From Daphnia carinata (Eukaryota): a DNA stretch of 64,000 nt. This document shows positions 50,201 to 64,000 of the stretch, piece by piece. The translations under genes and the position numbers were made by a program. The stretch lies in the NCBI RefSeq assembly GCF_022539665.2, contig NC_081333.1, positions 7,130,001 through 7,194,000 on the forward strand, given 5' to 3'. Each line of letters begins with the position of its first letter. Position 1 is the first letter of the stretch. Below the pieces are notes generated by a model. It worked only from the letters and a program-made list of their open reading frames with translations, searched no databases and was not told the DNA's origin.

Positions 50201-53200
50201 TGGGAGACAAAGTAAGAGAGAAAAGAAACAGGAGATTGGGAGTGACTAATGAGCCTTCTATTCTCGTACTAGGCTAGTTGAGAGAGTGTGTTCCTTTTTT
50301 TTTTTTCTCCCTTTTTTTTTTTTTTTTAACAAATGTCGAAAAGACAGAAGGGGATAGCCCCCCATGCCATCTGCAACGGGTCCCATCTGCCCGTTGTTTT
50401 AGGTTGGACCCTTAGCTTCTGCCCTCCCATGGAACGGCGTCTATCTGATGGATATGAAAGATCATTTAGCACACGGCCCGTTTGGCAAATTGACCTACTG
50501 GTCATCGTGTTGGAGAGAGACCATTTTTCTTTTTGTTTTGTTTTTTCCAGCCCACGTATGTTTGGTATGTGTTGTTTTAGAAGAAAAAAAAGGGAACACT
50601 GGGCAATCCAGCAACTTGGGTGGGTTTTGTAAGGTCCCTATATAGATTCAGCCGTCGATATTTTGGGACTGTAACACAGAGAGAGAGAGAGGGGAGAAAT
50701 CGGAAGTCCTGCTGTGCCAATTGTTTGCTCACCGTGACGTTGTGTGACTGTGACGCACGCCGCTTGTTTGCACGATTCAGTCATCGCAAGCAAATAGAGG
50801 TGGAAAGCACAACAGTCAATTGGCAGTCACGCTGCCACCTTTTTTTTTTTTATACCAATTTTCTGTCTCTTGTCCATACGTTTTTTTGGATCTTTTCTTT
50901 TTCTTTCCTATATGTTTCTGTCCGCCTTCCTATGAAATCCTCCCGGAATGAAATATGTGGGGCCGTGTAGTCTAGTCCTTCTTCGCCTCGTAGAGGAAAA
51001 CGAACCAAGAAAATACGTGGTGAGGAACGAAAATTGTGTGTTACGCATTACTGCGTACGTTCAGGCATCGGCAACAGCAGAGAGAAAGACAATGATGGAA
51101 CGATCCGACCCGATAGATGATTGGTTATTTTTTTTTTTTTCTCCTCTCTCTCTCTCTCTCTCTCTCTAACGTATCAACGAAATGTTTTGGCTTGCCAGCT
51201 CACTCGTCTCTCTCTTTTTCTCTCTCTCTCTCTGCTGGGTTATGTATATGCACTTGGATGTCTTTGGGATGTTGTTGTGTGTTGTCAACGGCGGGACATT
51301 TGAATGTCCCGCCGCGCACATAGTGAAAATTTCGGGCCTTGTAGCTGGAACATCTGTTCGATTGCTGCCCGGCAGGAGGGCCACGCGTTCCTTTTTTTCG
51401 TTTTATATTTCTCTCGCAGTTCTAAAAGGGAAAGAAAATATTTATTCCTCCTAGTAAAAGAAAAAATTCTTAATTTTCCTTTAATATTTTTATTTATTTA
51501 TTTAATTTTTTTTTCTATTTTCTCTCCTTTTTTTTTTTTTTTTTTCGTGTCTGGTAAAGACGGCAGGAATGTTGTTACCACTAATAAATCGCCATCAAAA
51601 TAGAGCCTCGACCTAATTAGAATTGTAAATGCGCCACGATGAACTACTTGCCTGCCCCTTTTTTTCTTCTGCCCTGTGAACTGGAGAAGGAAGAACAAAA
51701 AAAAAAAAAAAAAACACGGAGATCACATAATTAATGGGGAAAAGAGTTACTTCACTCTCGCGAGCTGTGGGCTTTTCATTAAGGGACTTTCTCCCACTTG
51801 CGAGAAGTTTACGCATCGACAAGGGGCGGTCTTAAACAAGCTCTAAGTTGATGAAGCGTTGACTGTGGTCGAATTGATTAGTAAGAGGAAAGAAAAGGAA
51901 AAAAAAAATTGGAAAGAAAAAAAGAAAAATAGAAAACGAGAGGAACCCTATAGAGGTGAGTTACGAGTCGCTAGGAATGTCCATAAAGAATCTACACAAT
52001 ATCTACGGACGGAGATAGTTTCTTTTGCTTGCTGGGCAACTGGTTGGGTCTCTCCTTATTCGTTTCTCTCATTGCGGGTGGGTCTCTTCTTCATTTTTTT
52101 TTTTTTTTTCTTCTTCCTTTTCTTTTCCTCCCTTTGACGGTTGATAGCCGATTAGGTTGATTGACAGAGTCAGGGGTCAGATGACACAACCGCCGTAGCC
52201 ATTGATTTCCAGGACCGGTCCGGCACCCCTGGCGCTAAACAGTCCTCTAATCGGCGGATCCACCGGCTGATTTTTTTTTTTTTTTTTTTTTTGTCCCTTT
52301 CCACATTTAAAAAGTAAAATACTTTACGTCCTTCTCTATTCGTGTATGCATAAAGACTTTCTTTTTTTTTTTTAAAGAGGGGGATAACGATGGGGGTCTC
52401 TCTGTCAATTCGTGGGGGTGTCTCGTAATTCCTCGGCTCGTCGGGCTAAATTAAATATGATAACGCGTCTACGACTATAAAAAAAAAAAAAAAAAAAACA
52501 AGTTTTTTTTTTCTTTTCTTATGACTGGAATTTTTTTCTTTCTTTCTTTGGGGACTTGTAGTAAATACGTGCGTTCCGCATGGAGGGGTAGTTGCGTCGC
52601 GCGGTCCCATTTGTATACGGGGGTAGTGCACCACCAACCAGTTCGGTGGGGTTTTCTTTTGTTGTCAGTGGGACGTCTGTCCTTAACTGTAAAATAATGA
52701 GACGAAATGGAAGGAAACGTAATAGCAATCACAACCGGACTTTTTTTTTTTTTTTTCGTTTATAGGGTTACGTTGTTCGCGGTATCGAATGTCTAACCAT
52801 TTTTTTAAAATCCCTTTTTTGTGTTTGTGTGTCGGATCCGATGGTGGGCGGCACATTGTTACGTTCCATCGTTTTTCTTGAATTTTCTTTGTCGAAATGG
52901 GACGAGGCAGTTGCGTGTACCTGGTACGAAGAGAAAACAACAACAAGAAACATTGTTTATTTGAAAACAGCAATTCGTCAATTCATCCATCGTTGGCGAC
53001 GAAATAGGAAAGAATTCAATTCGTTTTTGTAAATTTATGGAAAATATTTGATTTTAAAACAAAAGTAGAAAGGATAGCTCGCGTCGGCCAACCACGCGCC
53101 GCATCATTTCCATATTGTACGATGGAGGTGGTGGTGTAAAGCATTATCATTATACCAAGCGAGCCCGCTTTAATTTTCTTTCTTTTCGTTTTTTTTTTTT

Positions 53201-54741
53201 TATATACGAAAAAATGGTGAGAAGAGATTACATCTGAGATTAAATTCTCTCCTCGGCTGGAACTGTGAGCGTTTTCTCTCTCGAAATGGGGGGGAGCCAC
53301 ACGTTGAGACGGAGTCGTGAATAGCAACTTGTTATTGACGCGCAATACAAATCGATAACACGGAATGCATCCGAATCGGTTACGCCTCACGCATTTTAAC
53401 TTGTTTAACGACGACTGTCGAGGGGGTCTTGTTGTTGTGGTATCTCTCTCTCTCTCTCTCTCTGTGATGTCTTCGCACACAACAACACTTGTTCGATTCT
53501 CCATACATTGTTTGTTGTTAAAAGACTACGACGGCAAGAAATGTCCCGTCTAGTCGTTCTCAGTTGGTTGCTTGATTTCAATCTCTTATGTGTGTGTGTG
53601 TGTGTGTGTGTGTAACAGTTTCAAGAGGAACACACGGTGAAAGAAGGGGAGAAAGAAAAAAAAAAAAAGAAATCGACGCAGACAAAGTGGTTTGATGTCG
53701 GCGGCGGCGTCTATTTCTTTTTTTTTTTTCTCTCTTCTTCTTCCTATTCCCTTCTTCTTCTGTTCCCCTACTAGAGCTATTAGACTTCATCATGCCTGAC
53801 AGTAATTCAGCGAGACTTGGGTTGATGCATCGGCCGACTGCAATTGACCGTGCCGTGTTGTTGCTGTCGTCGGACGAAGGAGGACACGAGGGTTTAAAAA
53901 AAAAATATATTTTTTTTTATTGTTGTCGTGAGCGTCGGTTATGAGATATAGCCGCCTGTCCGCCTCCTTCATTTTCATAGCCGAAGACACTCGAGCACAC
54001 ACAGAGAGAGAGAGAGAAAGAGGTGTATACGCAGAACGCGGATTCTGAGAAGTTTCGAGGAAATAACACGGATATGTTGTTGATGGCATAGCGGCAGCAA
54101 CGGCAGTTTCGGTGTTTGCAACGCGTCGCGTTAGTTGTCTTGTCGACATTTACTGGCGCCGTCTTGCTGCATTCTCGATGATGGATTTTTCTGCCAAAAA
54201 AAAACAAAACAAAACAAAACAGCAACAAACATTTGAAAAAAAAAAAAAATAATAAATAATAAAAGAAACGAACGCGCGGGGACTCCACCCACCGCGGATA
54301 GCCCGTCAGTCCGGCGACTTGTTTCACCTGAATTAAGTTTGCCGTTTTCACGGCCCTTTCAACTCCGTTTGCCGTCCATTTTTTTTTTAAATGTTTTGTT
54401 TTGTTGTACTTTTTTTTTGTCGGTGATTGAAAAACAAAAGCCGACACACTTTTTCCAGAGGAATTGAAAATTTGGGAAAGAGTTATTTGTTTTGTTTTTC
54501 CAGTTCTTTCTCACGCATCATTCATTATTGAAAAGAGAGGGAATTTCCCCCTGCAAGTAAATCTCGATCGAAAGGTTTAAAAGAAAAGCGAAATAATAGA
54601 AAACTACCATGTTTCTCAGCTGTTGTTCGAAATTGAATTCCTCAATTTTTACATCTGAAAATGATCTCCCTCATCTTTTTGGATGCAAGTTATCGTCCTC
54701 ACTGACGTCTTTCACCGTAGATTATGCAAATTGTAATTGAG

Positions 54742-54773
<32 letters not shown>

Positions 54774-56969
54774 AGTGGGGGAGAACCAAACGCCATTGCC
54801 TTGGATCAATTGATGACGGCCTTTCTCTATCGGGATATCTTTTTCCTTTGTGATTTTTCCCAATGTGATGTAATAAAAAAAACAAAAAACCCTAGCCAGA
54901 ACATCCAAGAATCCTATCGGATGGTGTGTAACCATTAGTGTGGAATGAGCTCCAAACGAGAGGTCACGTAGTATAATGCCGAAACATTTTCACTAGAAGT
55001 AATTGGTTAGACAATCAATATGATTTTCAGAACAACACAAGACACACACACAAAAAAAAAAAAAAAAAAAATTATACAAAAGAGAGCAGGCACGCAAAAG
55101 TGCCGTATGCAAATGTCCGCTAGGAGCCCAATTTACTTTGCCATTGTTTCGTGTCGGTAATGTTCTACCCAAAGTGGGAAAGAAAAAAAATAAATCGAGA
55201 GAGAGAGAGAGAAAATTGTAATGTGTTCACGCGTTGCGGTCTCCTTCGTGAGTTGGCATTCGAGCCACGTTACCGGCCCGCTCTATTGTCTCATTACGAA
55301 TCGTTTGTGTTGCTGCCAAGTGTAGGCAATCAACGTCAAGAAATGAAAGATTGAGTGAGAAGGAAAAAAAAAAAAAATAGAGAGAGAGAGAGAATAATAG
55401 CGGCGCCATAATTTTTTAGCATAGCTTTGTGTTGTGACACCTTTCGAATTGATATATCCTCATTTCCACCTTTCTATTTCTTTTTCTTTTACAGGACATG
55501 CTTCACCGCAATCTCAGACGAGAACATTGGTAAGTGTACGGCTATTCATTATTTTAAGGAGGCAAAAACAAAAGTACTTCATTTTTTTTGTGTGTTTCGC
55601 CAAACAGGTTCACGCCCGACAATTTAGTGGAAATGGTACCTAACGTTGGTTGTATCGTCGACCTCACTGCCACTAGTCGATATTACAATCCACAGGTATA
55701 AATCTTTTTTGTTTTCTTTCGCTGTTGCCAAAGACACAAAAATTATGCAACTCATCTTCCAAACTGAGCTTTTTTTTTTTAAACATTTTTTTGCTTTCCT
55801 TATTATTATTTTTTTTTTTTTTTTTTTCAACGTATTTATTTGAGTTCTCGTGTTTACGGTTTAGGTTTTCATCGAACGCGGGATCCACCACGAGAAGATC
55901 TTTTGCGAAGGACGCGTCATCCCGAAAGCGACGACAGTGAGAAGGTAAGTCCACACACAAAGTATAATATCATTGTCTAAGGTTGCGTATGTATATCGTG
56001 AGCGTGTCCAAATGTTTGAGGATTTTTTTCATCCCGCTCGCGGATGCGGATGGATGACTTCTACAATCTCGTGAAAGGCCCTTTTAAAGAGAAAAACTAT
56101 TTTAAATGCGAGGTAAAGCTTTTGTAATAGCTTGGCAAGGATGTTGCATAATTTTTAGACAAAGGCGGACATTCTCAAGTTGAAACGAAAACAATACGGG
56201 AATGGAAGGAGAAAAAAAAAACGAGTAAAGAACAAGTTGCCAAGGTAAAAGTCATCGTCAGAGTCCGGCTGGTTTGAGCGTCGTGGCGCCACCAGTCAGC
56301 GCACATGAAAGGCCGGGGCATCCATCACAATCTATTACGGTTCGCGACTGAGGGGGGGGGGGATGTTGCCGTATGCAACATATGCATACGTATACATGCA
56401 ATAGCAGCACGTTTGATCATTTTTCCAATTTTTTTTTTTTGTTTCTTGAGCGCCTATTTTTTTTTTTTTTTTTTTAATGATGAAGGTCCACACCGCGTAG
56501 TAATTGCCCTCCCCAGCGGCTCGTCTTCTCGTTCCTCCCAGTTTGTACTCTGTGAACTGATATGTTGTTTGGTGGTGTACACAATCTGGCCGTGTGGGAA
56601 GGCACTTGCAGTCTTCGAAAAAAAAAAAAGAATAATAATAATAATAAAAGGGGGAAAAAAGAAATGATGGAATGTGGATTGCAGGTTGTCAGACAACCTG
56701 AGAACGGGCCTGTAATGCGGCTCGTGATCCGGCTAATCTTGTACTAGCAGGTGATGGTAGCCTCCCATCTTTCTCTTCCTTTCGTTTTTCTTTTTTTTTT
56801 TTTCTTTTCCTTTTCCCATGGTGTAAAAGTGTGTACTGGAATGAAGAAGAAGGAGAAGAAGAAGAAGGGAGGCTAAATGAACACTGAGACGCGCAGCGAT
56901 AGGCTGGGTGGGTTTGAGAGGCAGAAAATGTTATATGGGAGGCGGATTGTTGTAGATAAGCACCTCGCG

Positions 56970-57004
<35 letters not shown>

Positions 57005-57512
57005 ATGGCCATGTTTGGTCACACACAACAAGAGAGCCAATGACGCGGGTGATCACCTTCTCTTCTTCTTTTTCTGACTCTATACGTTATACTGTATTGC
57101 ACAGCTCCTTCCTTGCACAGCGGGTTATCGCGTTATAAACTGCGCCCGGTTGTAAATCAACATTACACCGATCCGGCGTGTTTTCTTTTTTTTTTTTTCT
57201 CTTTTTCTTATTGTTCGCACTAACGCCTCTTCGAACCATCTCTCTCGTTCTCTCTGCTATAAACTCCCCGCTATTTTTTTTTTTTTTTTTTCGTTTGCAA
57301 CCGGAGAAAAAGAGAGAGAGAGAGAGATCAGGCGTGACCTACTCGATTTCGGCATTTCTCTCTTGTTGTATAAACAAGGTACTTTGGCCACCATCTATCC
57401 CCCCACTGGCCGGCTCGCGCTTGTTCCTCAGCAAACACGGAACACAGGATGAATCGTTTCGTTTTTATTTTGATTGCCACCCCGACAATGCCGCAATTTA
57501 CGACCCGTGTTC

Positions 57513-57547
<35 letters not shown>

Positions 57548-58509
57548 TTGCTTCATGAAAAATGCCGATTGCGCTTATCGGTTTTTTTTTTTTTTCACAT
57601 TCTGTGGCGATGTATCGTGCGACCGTCGTTCTTTATTAGCGATATCCCATTTCATTTCTTTTCTTTTGTTCAATATGAAAATGTATACAGCCGAGAAATG
57701 GGAATAGCCAGATGCACTTATCTTTCTTTTTGGATGTTGCCCATCTTCTACGGCAAGCCACTTGTTCTTTGAATTCCACGCATCTCTTTTTTGTTTTGTT
57801 TTGTTTCGTTTTCTTGTGTTATACGCAAGTCCAGGTGATGAATGTTTGCTAGAACGTTGTTTATGATTAGCAAACGTCCAGCGAACCTGTCCTCCGAAAA
57901 ATGATGATTGTCCATCTTGATTGCTTGCAACAGGAGAATCCCCCCCCCCCCACACACATACACACACAAATAATCATTGGACAGCCATTTTTGGGGAGCT
58001 TGAAAATGAATGGTGAGAACCAGCGTAGTGGACAAGCACCTCTTTTCGTTGTTTTTTTTTTTTCTTTTCCCAGTTCTTCTTTCTGTTTGGTCATCCTCCA
58101 GGGTCTTGCGTTTTCAACTCTCTATTTTTTTTTTCTTTCCCAAACGAGCACTAAGCGAGAAAATGTTTTGTTTCTCCACTTGTGATGACCAAACATCGCT
58201 TCCTATCTCTTGTTACCTTCCACCTTGTTTCGAATTATTTGTTGTTGTTGCTGCTCGTTCCTTTGCTTATCTGTAAACGCCGAAACAGATTTGTTGCGTC
58301 CCCCTTGTACATCGCACACCCTAATACTTGGTTACTGCCCTGGCCCCCTGCTGTCTCTTATTTGTCCAGCCTTTCAAAGTCGATCAGCCCTCAACAAGTT
58401 GACGTATTCAGTACCGGCCCTTCTTGTTGTCCTTCTTCCGTCTTTTTTCGACGTTTTTTTTTTACTGCCCCGCTATTGTTTCAATTTTCTTTCAAAAAAG
58501 GTTAAAGGA

Positions 58510-58545
<36 letters not shown>

Positions 58546-61500
58546 TTTTCCGGATTGATCCTTTACTAAACCGGAGTAGACACTTCCTACTCCCACATTT
58601 TTTTTTTTTTTTTTTTTTATTACTCGAGAAAAACCCTCGTTTTTCTGAGTAGGTCTTTATTATTTTTATTTTAAAGAATAGAGAGATGGAATAGCCATTT
58701 TTTGTTGGGTGTTTGATTGTCTTGAATCTCTTCCTTTTCTTGTTGGGTGGGTTTTGATGATGAAAAATAAGGTTGAGGTTCAAGGGTTAAGTATCTTACC
58801 AGCGGATTTAATGACTCCGCCCTGCTAAACCGCCCGGAAAAGGTTCTTTAATCAGCTCCGAATTTGTTTCGATCGCTTTTACCCATAACACAAAAGTGCG
58901 AATAACAATTGATGAATGACATTCTTTCTTTTAAATCGGTTCACAACTTGTTCATTTTTTTTTTTAGAAACAACAAAACTCCTCCTCTCATTCGGATTTG
59001 TGAGGTTAAAGAAAAATGGAAACTGTATTTACTAGCTTTTCTTTTCCTACATTTAATTCTCGAAATCTTTCTCTCTTTTTGTTTTGTTTTTTGTTTTTTT
59101 CCCATGGAGAACAAAAAAAACAAAACAAAAAAAAAAAAAAAAAAAAAACGTTTTGTTGGTTCTTTAGCTGCTCCTGCTGCTTCTGGTGGTCCGTTGGTCC
59201 GTTGGTATTCTTCGGGTGTTGGTATTTATTTTTATATTTCTCCTTGTCTTGTGCGTTGGACACATAAGAGCGAAGGGGAGCCGGTCCACATTAGAAAGAA
59301 CAAAAAAAGGGAAAAAAGGCAAAAGAAACAAAAAAAAAATGTCGTTGGTTTTATTTTCTATATGTATGCATACGCGCTGAGTCTCGCTCTCTTGTCTTTC
59401 CGTCCGTCTATGCGTGTGAAGAAACTTGTTCTTTACGATGGACCCCCTACTCGGTTTGTTTGAACTGAACGCCCTCAACTGCGCGCGCTGGATGGGTACC
59501 CAGTAGGTAAAAAAAAAACTTAAAAAAAAAAAAAAGAAGAAGGGAACCCCACACACAGACACAAAAACGCACACAATCGGAAGAACAACACGTTCAACAA
59601 AAAAGAAAAAAAGAGAAAGAGAAGAGAATATAAAACAAGCTGAGTATTTGCTCAAGTCTTTTGTCTCCCTTGTCTCTTCCTTTTTTTTTTTTTTTTTTTT
59701 TTTTTTTGTTCCACAAAAAAGAGAAAAAAATTCTCTCCCTCTCTTGTCTTTCAGTTTTTTAACTGTTTCCCTTTTGTTGGGTGTCGTAGTGTAGTGGCTT
59801 GTCGGACAAATTGGGCAGTAAGAAAATTCCGGTGGAATCGGGACCTTAGAAGAGAGATAACCCCCTACTGTCGGATGCAGTATATATTTGGTTAAGGGCC
59901 ATGCATATAGAGGTGCTTTCGTTATGTGAGGTGGTACACCTTTTTTTTCTTTTTACTATTTTTCATGTTCTCGCTTTTGTTTTTTCGAAACGATGGCCAC
60001 CCCCCGCAAAAGGTTCAGATCGTCCATCTTTAGGTCCGTCTTTTTTTCTTTTTTTTTTTTTTTTTTTTTTACCTTTGAAAAGAAACAGTTTGCCGTGCAT
60101 TTTTGCGGTAATTTTCTCCCTCCAATATTCCCCCACTGTGTGGGGGTGTCTGTGTCGAGAAGTTGGCGTGGTCATGTTTTTTTTCTAGTGCGAAAGAAGA
60201 ATCATATATATAAGGAGGGTTTTGTGACTTCTTGTTGTTTTAGTGTCGGTGGGGCGGAGTCGGTAGAGGTCTAGGCGATGCTGAGGGTGCGAGAGTGTAT
60301 ATATAACACCCGCCGCGTGGCTTGCGAGAGCAAGATGAACAAGCATGATAACTGAAAAAGAAACAAGAGGAGGATGGAAGGTATTCGGATTTTTTTTTCT
60401 TTCTTACCTCTCGTGGGTACACGAAAAAGAAAAGAAAAGAAAAAAAAAAAAAAAACGTAACATGGGGAATCTGAAAATGCCAGGCCCCACACCAAGTTGA
60501 TTTTCTTATTCTATCGTTTCTTGACTTGGTCTTGCTCTTGGCCTGGAGCCGCCCTTCTTCATATATTGATTCTACTTCAGCACGGCCCATGCCTGCTATG
60601 GATTTGTATGGACGCTACATAGGTGGTGCGCATCTACGTACCTCACATAAAACCACTACTACTACTACCACAACCACAAACGACGTGTGTGAATAGAAAA
60701 AAAAAAAAGAAAAAGGGAGATGGCAAAGAGAAAATAGAAAAAACCCATATGTGATGAGCTCGGCAAGGAATGTTTTCGATTTTTTTTTTTTTTTTTTTTT
60801 TTTGGCCAACACCCGGGCTGATGTTGGGCCGCCGCCGACGAAAACCCCCAAAATTGTGAAGGCCTATTGAATAAATATTTCCGCCAGGTATGCTATATAT
60901 GTGCTTGAGGGCGGCAGTCTTTTTTTTTTTTTTTGTTCATCTTCTTTTCTTTTAAAAAGAGAATTTCACCTATAGGGATTCGATTGATCGATTCAGAATG
61001 TCCGTTGTATCTTGCGATGTTTGGCTGGGCCTGGCGTGGGCCTCGGCCTCTGTGTGTATGCGCAACTGGAAACTTTTATGTCATGGCCGACACATTTATC
61101 ACGTGATTGGCTTTCTTTCTCTTCCTCGCCCCTTTCCCATACGAAATTTTTCTCGTCTCCTCTTTTTTCTCTTTTGCCCCCATGTCGTAAAAAGAAAAAA
61201 GAAAAAAACGCGTGTGGAAGAAGGGAAAAATTATTTATTTATGTTTTTTGAAAGATGATCTAATGTCCTTTTCTTTATTCCTTTTTTTTTTTTTTTTCTT
61301 TTCGTTTTTCTTTCCTAATTGGCGTCTTTTGTTTGGGATTTTTTTTTTTTTTTGTCCGATCTTTTTCTTCTTCTTCGCAGATTCTTTCAGGTGGTGGACG
61401 AGTTTCTTCACAGCGTCAATTCCCGAGGTGAGTGTGTCATTCTTCATTGGTATTTTTTTTTTTTTTCTTTTCTTTTTTACGACTGCCGTCTGTAAACAAG

Positions 61501-63095
61501 TCGAAAACGAGAAGAGACGGGGAAGAACCGTCCAAGACATGTGTGGTGTCCAGCTAAGAAGATTTATCACTGTCTTTTATCGTTTGTTTGCAGGCAAAGT
61601 TTTGATGGTGCACTGCACGCACGGGCTCAATAGGACTGGTTATTTGGTGTCGAGGTAAGCGCTGGCTCGTTGCCCATTGGCCGTATCATATTTTGTTATT
61701 TTTTTTTTTTAGTACACGAAACAAAATATAAAACACATGTCAACAACGACTAACAGGTACATGGTAGAGCGACGAGGATTCCAACCGGCCGACGCCATTG
61801 CAGGTTAATTAAAAAAAAAAAAATTTAAATATTTTTTTATTATCACGCCTTTTAACGTTGATGTTGATCTCTTCATTTTTGTTGACCTCTTGTTTGGGAA
61901 CTGCGACAGCTTTCAACGAGGCTCGCGGTCATTGCATAGAACGCGAAAACTACCTTGAAGACCTCCATAGAAGGAACACGTGCACGGACCCTGTCCCGCT
62001 CTATCAAAAGAAGTACGGGCGACAAGCTCTTCTTTTTTTTTTTTTTTTTTATTGTTTAATTATTCACTTTATTCACTGTTTTATATCTCTTTTCCTTTCC
62101 TTTCCAAATCCTTGATGAATTGCCAAAACAAAATTTAATTTTTCATTTTTTTTTTTTTTTTTATTACTTGCAGCGATGCGGATTATCACGATCACGACCA
62201 AGCTTGCGCCAGTTACGAGCATCAACAGGAACGTCCGACCTCGGCCAATGGCTTTAACCGTTACGCTGGCCAAGCTCGCAGATCAGAACCGATTGAGCAA
62301 CTGCCTTTCGACGGCCATCGAGATCCTCAACGCCACTCGTACCCTCAGCCTACGTACAACGCTCGGCCTTCGGTTCACAACGAGAGACCCGCTGACCAAC
62401 ACTTACAATCATATAGTTGGCGTCAGGGACAAGGCTCCAGTAATCGCAGTCACGGCCATCCGAGCCAACGCGCTAACATGCCATCGACAACTGCGTACCA
62501 CGGTCGCACAGAGAGTCCCGTGCCTCCAGTTGGGTACGATGGTGGTCGCCAGAGGAGTTCGTATTATTACCGCAACGCGTCTACATCCGAAGCGCCAGCC
62601 GTACCGAACCACATACGCTTTACGGACCGTTCACTGCCTCGCGAGAGCGCGGTCCACGTGGATAACTGGAACGATAGAGCCAATTCGGCCAACGGGGACC
62701 GTAGTCGTTCTAGTTTCAATCATCTAGTGCAACAGCGTGGCAATACCAGGCCGATATCGCCATCCGTTCAGGTCGTAGCTGAGCGTCGTAGCAATGCGTC
62801 TGTATCTTCGTCCTCAAAGGCCCGTGAGCGCAGTCTGAACCGCCATCATCGCGATGTGTCGGATAATCAGTCGACGTCGTCGATCGAGGTTTGCTACGAT
62901 AGTCGCCTAGTGGAACCTACTGCCGGCCACGACTTCCGCCAGCCTAGTTCCAAAGAAAAGCCTCGAGATCATCAACGTGAACGATCTGGATCGGAACAAG
63001 CCGATCGTCGTCCGTCCGGGAAAAAGATGCGCCATAGAACTGCGAAACGTTTGAACGCGGATTCTTATGGAAGGCAATCGAACGATGTGGATTAA
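47240..63095 (+). CDS. DUSP11: RNA/RNP complex-1-interacting phosphatase (DUSP11/PIR-1 RNA 5'-triphosphatase), 10 exons
   Basis: Frame-consistent exons 47240-47271, 47392-47467, 55495-55529, 55608-55695, 55865-55944, 61381-61427, 61594-61654, 61757-61803, 61910-62012, 62174-63095. Protein LPDRWLDY...IACKVPL...WFTP...IVDLTATSRYY...VHCTHGLNRTGYLVSRYMV...AFNEARGHCIERENYLEDL. The HCTHGLNRTG P-loop without a downstream guanylyltransferase domain indicates DUSP11 rather than the capping enzyme RNGTT. Confidence 0.93.
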
Positions 63096-64000
63096 AAAGA
63101 AAAAAAGGATATCCCTGACTCCGATCACGTCGATTCCCAAATGCTAGAGAAAAAACAAAATTTAACAAAGAATTTTCCTTGGGTTTTTAAACCCAAAATT
63201 TTTATCGCATTTTTAAAGAAAACCATTTAGATTTTGTTTTTTTTTTTGTGTGTGTGGGTATGTGTTTGAATCTTGGAACGGCGACTACCTTGTGTCAGTT
63301 TCAAGTATCAAAGTTCTCTTTGGGTTTCGAGCGTGTCGGTATCCTATAGCTCGCGAGAAATTTCACTCTTGCCGAGTTTTAGAAATGGAAGAAAGCGACG
63401 TCGACCAATAAACAAATTCTGGCGAGTTAAAAATATCTAACGCACGCGTTTTGTATGCTAATTTTTTTTTCTTTACTGTTATTATTATTTTCATTTTTAT
63501 TTCTTTCAAATTTCGGTGTGAAATTATTCAACCGTTTCGGATTTTTTTCTTCTTTTTTTTTTTTTTTTATTTTTGGATAACGTGTTATTGATCATGTCGA
63601 CCTTGACCCGTTGGCATAGCGGTGCACAAAACCTCGCCTCTGCCATTCTTTTTTTTTTTCACGTATCGATGGCACGTACCAAAGTCGATTTTTTCTTTTT
63701 TTTTTTTTTTTTTTCAAACGAAGCGAAATACCTTTAGCTGTGTGTGTGAACTGGTTGATCAAGAAAATGCTCGCAATCATCCTCCCTTTGCAATTTAGTT
63801 GCGGGTTTCTCACTTTCCTCAACACCCGTAATTACCAACAGACACCGCAAAACCCGACAAACCTTTTTTGGCTCCGTCCATGGTGGGCGGATGCGTTCCT
63901 CTTTTTCATTTTTTTTTTTTTTTTTCTGTGCTAACTAACAAATCGACACCAATTTCGCTGTTATGCTCGGCTCGCTAACAAGGCGCTGTTGTTCATTTGT

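Noticed and set aside
60240..60590. Minus-strand ORF MGRAEVESIYEEGRLQAK... inside a DUSP11 intron, considered as a nested gene
   Set aside because: Degenerates into poly-F, with no domain and no supporting exon chain.

Overview
Eukaryotic (arthropod) genomic DNA. The compact genes, roughly 55-80 nt GT-AG introns and CA/GA/homopolymer-rich spacers suggest a cladoceran such as Daphnia (inference). Layout: (1) 1-29 kb is almost gene-free and rich in microsatellites and homopolymers. It holds one coding exon of a minus-strand WW-domain gene (1048-1373) that runs off the left edge. (2) 30.6-47.5 kb is a dense housekeeping block: BRD8(-), CHMP3/VPS24(+), UBLCP1(-), adenosine kinase(-), an intronless TGN38/TGOLN2-like membrane protein(+) and NOSIP(-). 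(3) 47.2-63.1 kb is DUSP11/PIR-1 RNA 5'-triphosphatase(+) with two giant introns. The most notable hidden element is invisible in the ORF track: a spliced, apparently non-coding snoRNA host gene on the minus strand at about 42.7-44.3 kb. Its introns carry three box C/D snoRNAs sharing a guide for the 18S site equivalent to human Cm517 (SNORD56-like) and one H/ACA snoRNA whose 5' pocket fits the site equivalent to human 18S Psi93 (U23/SNORA75-like). Exon boundaries and family assignments were read by eye and from recalled family knowledge; no database search was run.
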